Part shown: positions 19,501-23,498 of the stretch, one piece after another
Layout of the letters: each line of letters begins with the position of its first letter
Position numbering within the stretch: position 1 is the first letter of the stretch
Source: an uncultured Nitrososphaerota archaeon
GTDB taxonomy: Archaea > Asgardarchaeota > Njordarchaeia > Njordarchaeales > Panguiarchaeaceae
Direction of reading: 5' to 3'
Assembly: GCA_964636085.1 (NCBI GenBank)
Contig: CAZWPQ010000006.1
Span: forward strand, 65,455 to 88,952
DNA length: 23,498 nucleotides
Notes under the pieces: generated by a model
What the model saw: only the letters and a program-made list of their open reading frames with translations
The model's database searches: none
What the model was told of the DNA's origin: nothing
Position numbers and translations under genes: made by a program

Positions 19501-20424
19501 TTTGGTAAAACATCAAATGCAACTATACTAATGGACACCTTCTGGAAGCAAATTAATATTGATCCAAGAGACGACGCTGGAGCTGCCTCATTCCAGATTT
19601 CATACTCCCTCTATAGTTATACTCTGGATAAGTATCTATATCCCGGAGACTCCATCTACTCGAATGATATACTAGTGATGGATCTATACTTCGAGAACAC
19701 AGGGACATCCTCAGCTACAGACATAATGTTTGAATTAATGATAGAAGATATATCCCTATCCATTGGAATGCTTCCCGGTGTTGATCCAGGAGACGAGGTT
19801 GGTACCGAGATAATGATGATAATGCCACTATTTGTGGGTTCAGGCAACTCTAGATTTTATTTCCGCATAACTTATGTTGACCTAGGAAACATGTCCGAAT
19901 GTTCAAGCTTATTCCGCTCCGAACAATATTATATCGTGGGGGCCAAAATAGGAGAACCCTATATCAACGCCAGTCTCTACTCAATTGAGGAGGCTTCAAC
20001 CGCACGATATTGTGACCTAGATGGAACCTTTGAAAAAGGAGAACTAGGAATCTTCTCATTCCAGATAGAACTAGACACGATCACATTTTTCCCTCGTATA
20101 ACAGCCATCGCTAAGGGGGAGAAATCTATGAGTCTAAATTCACTAGTAACACAATATCTGCCACCAGACACATCCCTCGCAGTATTTAACTTATTTGGGC
20201 CTGATGACACCGACACAATAAATATTTATCTAGAAATATCATATACATATGTTGAAAGCATAAATGGAGTACTCATTCTCTGCACATCCACACAGATCTT
20301 CAAAATGGAGTACACATACATGGGTGCCGTCACAAAAACCGCACTCATCCTCGGCACAGTCATACTCCTACTAGTAATATTCCTCATCGTGGCGATATAC
20401 TATAGGAAACGGAAAAAATACTAG
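16591..20424 (+). CDS. Membrane-anchored S8 (subtilisin-like) serine protease with a long beta-rich C-terminal region
   Basis: Signal peptide, I9-like propeptide, triad VIDSG / NGHGTHVAG / GTSMATP, oxyanion AAGN, CARDB/Ig-like segments, C-terminal TM helix and RKRKKY tail. Confidence 0.93.
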   Translation: MNRAIILFMLTLLIATIPPSKPHLNMGSMTTIEKVDPDVFKVLSKESTTKVIITFYKNVSKRHILKKIGISRGIDLDIINGYASIITKRELERLLEEPGVKHIYLSRRVWIPESPQLNKTQMIKLHPHQYTQYEKVDNNWRKRLGIDYLESIGINGGDIVVAVIDSGIDKTHPDLQDAVVYEESFIDYDFDGEPDEDPMDLNGHGTHVAGIIAGRGVASGGAIKGAAPGAQLWNLRTFTEYGFGYDAWIIKAIERAAESPDVDIISMSLGGIGCIDSPVYEAAQNAWNDYGKIVVCAAGNEYTMFSIGVPGSVHEIITVGAVDKDDTIAEFSSRGPNHDLSPKPDIVAPGVAIPSTYLNGTYAILSGTSMATPVVSGVVALLLQADPSLTNDLMKYVIMSTAIDLGLSPYVQGAGLINPVGAYELITGSDLGDIYREYYTLWDPTLSISHGYMCRAGFYYNQSNDFIYFDAFISVEINGHRHVFYLTELRPISGYTHYSAIDQTMYGIYSLEDPLGGVQIDVFYYADFARGALLRYNITPINADSYSLFIRFDIDVNNSVSDNISYDGDSIAVYDYIAGGRYYVITMNPSPNKVSLTSFPLFDIYALISTSQIYYDALPTINKEVGDVGGILVFSNSDSNTISISIGQGPTQDDAKDTAESMPNVEIPSFTAYEILLIRTPIPTDSSTYTVDVQVRNFGTTSVSDLTLVCYEYPSGLMIDNITGISLHPKETKTYQFTINHGEIIRIALLANDTIYQDNAFIVSLKTHVFHGAVFHPFELAPPLEVIYGGQTSFMLIQAIMNESILSPIITLSGNASPYVAIEDVNQLNYRQILFNISFSIPKTISPGLYILNISISSGTETEAFYIYNISIVGPLGFDADITQITISEDSLYSDRDYNIERGELVDMDISISVINHTLLEGLYVLVSPVDPYLTPGYYEYTNTSENISVSTTTLIASSAPTYVNTITYLFGKTSNATILMDTFWKQINIDPRDDAGAASFQISYSLYSYTLDKYLYPGDSIYSNDILVMDLYFENTGTSSATDIMFELMIEDISLSIGMLPGVDPGDEVGTEIMMIMPLFVGSGNSRFYFRITYVDLGNMSECSSLFRSEQYYIVGAKIGEPYINASLYSIEEASTARYCDLDGTFEKGELGIFSFQIELDTITFFPRITAIAKGEKSMSLNSLVTQYLPPDTSLAVFNLFGPDDTDTINIYLEISYTYVESINGVLILCTSTQIFKMEYTYMGAVTKTALILGTVILLLVIFLIVAIYYRKRKKY

Positions 20425-20738
20425 AATTTTATCCCAGTGGGAGCTGCCACACATTACTTATTTTTTCTTTTGATAGCAAAACTATATCAGCCACAAATAA
20501 AAGTTTCAGTATTCCCTTCTTTCTGCTCCATATTTCCGCTTAGAAGCCATAAAAACGCCCTACAGAACAAATTTTGCGACGATTCACAAAGACACAAAGC
20601 ACATCCTTCTTGCGTTTCTCTATGATGGCTTTGAGGAGCGTTCTGAAACCATCTTGGTATATCTTATGTCTTAATCCATTTCCTTTTTTATAATAAAAAT
20701 CGAATACTGTATACTAACAACAGAAAAGTGGTGTCTTC

Positions 20739-21422
20739 ATGAATAATTTGAAAAATACATTTATATTCATTGTTTCTGATACTGGTGGAACCCCTATCCT
20801 TAGTGTACCTGAAATCCCCTATGATAGAATTAATATCATGTGCAGCATGGTCAGCGTTATTGATAGTATAGCTAGTACCATTCAGAGGGAGGAGGCCAGT
20901 ATAAGTAGTTTTCATATTAGTGATCAAAGATTATTATGTATGAGAAGAAAAAAACTCGTTTTTCTTCTTATCCTACCCATGGGTATAGACACCGATATTG
21001 CTCTTAAAATACTTAGAGACCTCACTGAAAGGTTCATAAAGCTGTTTGGAGAAGATCCCGACGAGGCAAGAAGTGTAACCCTATTTGATGCCGGCACTAC
21101 CGAAGAATTTAAAAGGGGTGTTATGGGTGTTCTCATGAATGTGGTCACGGAGCATGCCCCGGAATATTTTGATGTACTTCTGGAGGAATTATTTACGGTA
21201 CTCAAGGGCGAGGGTGCCGATGTTTCTAAGATATCGGCCAAATTTGTGCTAGCTAATGTACCTTTTATTGTTGAGGGGCGTGATATTTCTAAAGTTAAGG
21301 ATGATCTTGATTCTAAAATTCTCGGTATTTGCGATGGAAGAAAAACTGTTCAGGAGATCGCAAAGGAACTTAGCATTCCAGCATCGGAAGTATATAAGAG
21401 ACTGGCAAAGCTTAATAAATAA
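20739..21422 (+). CDS. Longin-domain protein with a C-terminal winged helix (frame probably extends to 21464)
   Basis: FIFIVSDTGG..., LVFLLI and ILRDLTERFIKLF give the longin beta-beta-alpha-beta-beta-beta-alpha-alpha pattern; wHTH ILGICDGRKTVQEIAKEL; SD GGTG. Confidence 0.75.
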   Translation: MNNLKNTFIFIVSDTGGTPILSVPEIPYDRINIMCSMVSVIDSIASTIQREEASISSFHISDQRLLCMRRKKLVFLLILPMGIDTDIALKILRDLTERFIKLFGEDPDEARSVTLFDAGTTEEFKRGVMGVLMNVVTEHAPEYFDVLLEELFTVLKGEGADVSKISAKFVLANVPFIVEGRDISKVKDDLDSKILGICDGRKTVQEIAKELSIPASEVYKRLAKLNK

Positions 21423-21473
21423 GGATACATTAAATGGAAGATAGTTTATCGGCTTGTTACGTAGGTGTCCCCT

Positions 21474-22088
21474 ATGGGGTTTAAGGGTTGGATCGCTTGG
21501 AGGTTTATTGCAGAAAAAATAAATGTAATAGCTTTGAGGGCTATGGTCGCGAGTATTGTCGCTATTCAACTCAGCTCAGGGAGAACACCACAAGAAATAA
21601 CACGATACCTCAAGGATTTGGGTAGGCTAATGGGAGAATGGATCTATAGGCATTATCTCGAAATTGGAAAAGCCAGCTCAACTATTGCCGATTGGGGCAA
21701 GGATTTTAACTTAGGCTTCAAATTCTTCACGGGAAAAGAATTCGACGACATCTGGTACGAAGTTTCTAGCGACGGCAAGCACATTGAACTGCATATGAGA
21801 ATATATGATAATCCCGCCTCCAGAGGATTACAATCTCCCTCGAAAGAGGTTAAAATCGATTCTTGGGTTGCTGGTATTTTTGAATGGATAGAACAAATGA
21901 GAATAGAGGAGTGGGACGCTGAGGAACTCACCGTTGACGAAATAAAATGTAAGGCCGCAGGAGACCCCTACTGTGAATTCGTTTTCAAGGTTAGACTGAG
22001 AGACAAGGGGGCTGAGAGAATTCTACGTGTTTTGAAGCCAGGAACAATAATAATCAAGGGTTCGAAAGAGCCTAGAGCAAAGAAATAG
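21474..22088 (+). CDS. Bet3/TRAPPC3-like protein (V4R/H-NOX-related fold)
   Basis: KIN...ASIVAIQL, LKDLGRLMG, GFKFFTG, IYDNP, VAGIFE and the V4R-type EIKCKAAGDPYCEF. ATG 21474 follows AGGTG. Confidence 0.75.
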   Translation: MGFKGWIAWRFIAEKINVIALRAMVASIVAIQLSSGRTPQEITRYLKDLGRLMGEWIYRHYLEIGKASSTIADWGKDFNLGFKFFTGKEFDDIWYEVSSDGKHIELHMRIYDNPASRGLQSPSKEVKIDSWVAGIFEWIEQMRIEEWDAEELTVDEIKCKAAGDPYCEFVFKVRLRDKGAERILRVLKPGTIIIKGSKEPRAKK

Positions 22089-22793
22089 TAGTATCTCCGT
22101 GCACCCCCCCCACTTCGATTTTACACCCCCTACAAAAATCTATGCTGGTCTGAAACTGCTTTTAGAACCAACTTTATTATTTCCTTTTGCGATACCGTTC
22201 CATTTTTATACCTCCCTCCCTAGTCGATTGTTGTAGGACTATATACGACAAAAAAGCGTTTACTCATTAGAATTGGGGCCTAGAGCACTATATTTCTCTG
22301 TATCCCTGTTTAATCTAGGCTTCGATGTTCTCTGTTCTTTCTGTCCCATAACTATCCACCTGTCCCATTCAACGAAACGCCCAACAACAAGCGAATGATA
22401 ATAACGCATACTAAACATAGCATATGATTAAAAGCAGATGTATCAAAGATGGTGTCCCTATTCCATCTAACCTCCAGCAATAAGATTTGTGTCATGTATC
22501 CGAAACGCTTTCCACCTGAGATCTCATATGGGTGTCCCATATAGGACAGGCCTAAAACGATCAACATCATTCGTTACATCGCATGTGGCTTATGCATCTA
22601 TAAACGATGGTGTCGAAAGACAAGGTGGGTGTCCCCAAGGCTGCCCCACGACTTTTCATGTTTCATCTTATAGGGACACAGATATCGCAGGTTTGAGTTT
22701 TTCAGCCTACATGCTTGTTTTCCTCATTCATCGCTTAGTATGGAAATTTTTTTATATAATATTGTCATCGGTTTTTTATTCTCGGTGAAGATC

Positions 22794-23192
22794 TTGAGAG
22801 CTATTAAGAGAATAAGCATAATCTTTGGGAACAAGACTGTGGAGTGTGATGCGTTATTCGACACTGGCGCATCCATAACAATCATTGGTACAGGATTTTT
22901 CGCCAGCAATTTCGCTTCTGAGTGGAAAAAACTTGAGAGGCCATTAAGGGTCTTCTGGATAAACGGAGAGTCAATAGTAGTGGATAAATACGTGCAAGTT
23001 CTCCTCAGGATAGATAACCGGTGGTTCCCAGAAACGGTTTTCTTGGTTGATGATCTCGCCGAAGAGATAGAGGTAGATGGAGAGAAAATAAGGATGCCGC
23101 AAGTAATAATTGGAGCTGGGACAATGGATAAGTATGGAATTGTCATAGAGCCAAAAAAAGGTGTAAAAGTAACACCTATATTACTAATATAA
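22794..23192 (+). CDS. Retropepsin-like (clan AA) aspartyl protease
   Basis: ALFDTGASITII catalytic motif and IIGAGTMDKYGIVI. TTG 22794 follows SD GGTGA. Confidence 0.88.
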   Translation: MRAIKRISIIFGNKTVECDALFDTGASITIIGTGFFASNFASEWKKLERPLRVFWINGESIVVDKYVQVLLRIDNRWFPETVFLVDDLAEEIEVDGEKIRMPQVIIGAGTMDKYGIVIEPKKGVKVTPILLI

Positions 23193-23498
23193 CGGGATCT
23201 CATTATGTATAACATCTACTGTGTTATCACAACCAGCGAGCTGTTAAGCCGGTTATTTGGTGTTCTATAGCATCCAGCTTTCCCATACAGCCACCAGTAA
23301 TTTTGCATTTGTCTAGACTAGTGTCGCAATTCGCGAGCTGTTAGGCTAACCGCTTGCAGTTTCATGCCATCTAGCTCTCCTCGCAAAGATCACTTTTAAT
23401 GTCAACATATATCGTTAGGAAAGACAGAAACGGCAAAGCCAACAAGATGGGGTTTTCTCATTTTACCTGCCATTAAACACTGCTCACCGCGCCGATTT

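Noticed and set aside
20437-20625. 62-aa ORF after the subtilase
   Set aside because: No SD or motifs; runs through a T-rich terminator-like tract.
21420-21464. Selenocysteine/pyrrolysine recoding or an alternative genetic code explaining the internal stop
   Set aside because: The interrupting codon is TAA, not TGA or TAG, and TAA ends several intact genes in this window normally.
646-21931. Numerous 60-160 aa antisense or alternate-frame ORFs (e.g. 3643-3999, 8484-8882, 13920-14297, 14933-15418, 15867-16337)
   Set aside because: They overlap well-supported genes and carry no recognisable motifs; shadow ORFs.
22100-22220. C-runs (G-strings on the minus strand) and GTTCCA suggesting ORB/replication-origin elements
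   Set aside because: No TTCCA-x-TGGAA ORB dyad, no repeated boxes and no cdc6/orc1 nearby.
22352-22570. 72-aa minus-strand ORF ending in GG (possible SAMP/ubiquitin-like)
   Set aside because: No beta-grasp pattern or clear SD; the terminal GG is probably chance.
22489-22788. 99-aa plus-strand ORF
   Set aside because: Atypical composition, no SD, no motifs.
23236-23346. Direct repeat GCGAGCTGTTA(A/G)GC, two copies 97 nt apart
   Set aside because: Too short and too few for a CRISPR array or IS ends; no cas or transposase gene.

Overview
Gene-dense archaeal chromosomal window, very likely from an Asgard-related lineage (inference from gene content). Housekeeping genes: AglB/STT3 oligosaccharyltransferase, eS26, a lone A-type ATPase subunit A, ADP-forming acyl-CoA synthetase beta subunit, KsgA/Dim1, an isolated uS19-uL22 pair, TFB, Sec61beta, TruA, Rpo12-PriS, Csl4, SucCD, a 1277-aa membrane-anchored subtilase and a retropepsin-like protease. 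Three small modules resemble eukaryotic systems: (1) a UFM1-like ubiquitin-fold protein ending in one exposed Gly, followed by a JAB/MPN+ metalloprotease; (2) a longin/winged-helix protein (Trs23- and NPRL2-like) followed in the same frame by a Bet3/TRAPPC3-like V4R-fold protein, a possible proto-TRAPP pair, with a suspicious in-frame TAA inside the winged helix; (3) STT3-like AglB followed by a TRAP-beta (SSR2)-like protein. The primase small subunit is also markedly eukaryote-like. No CRISPR array, rRNA or mobile element was seen. All comparisons to eukaryotic proteins are by eye against sequences recalled from memory and need HMM or structure confirmation.
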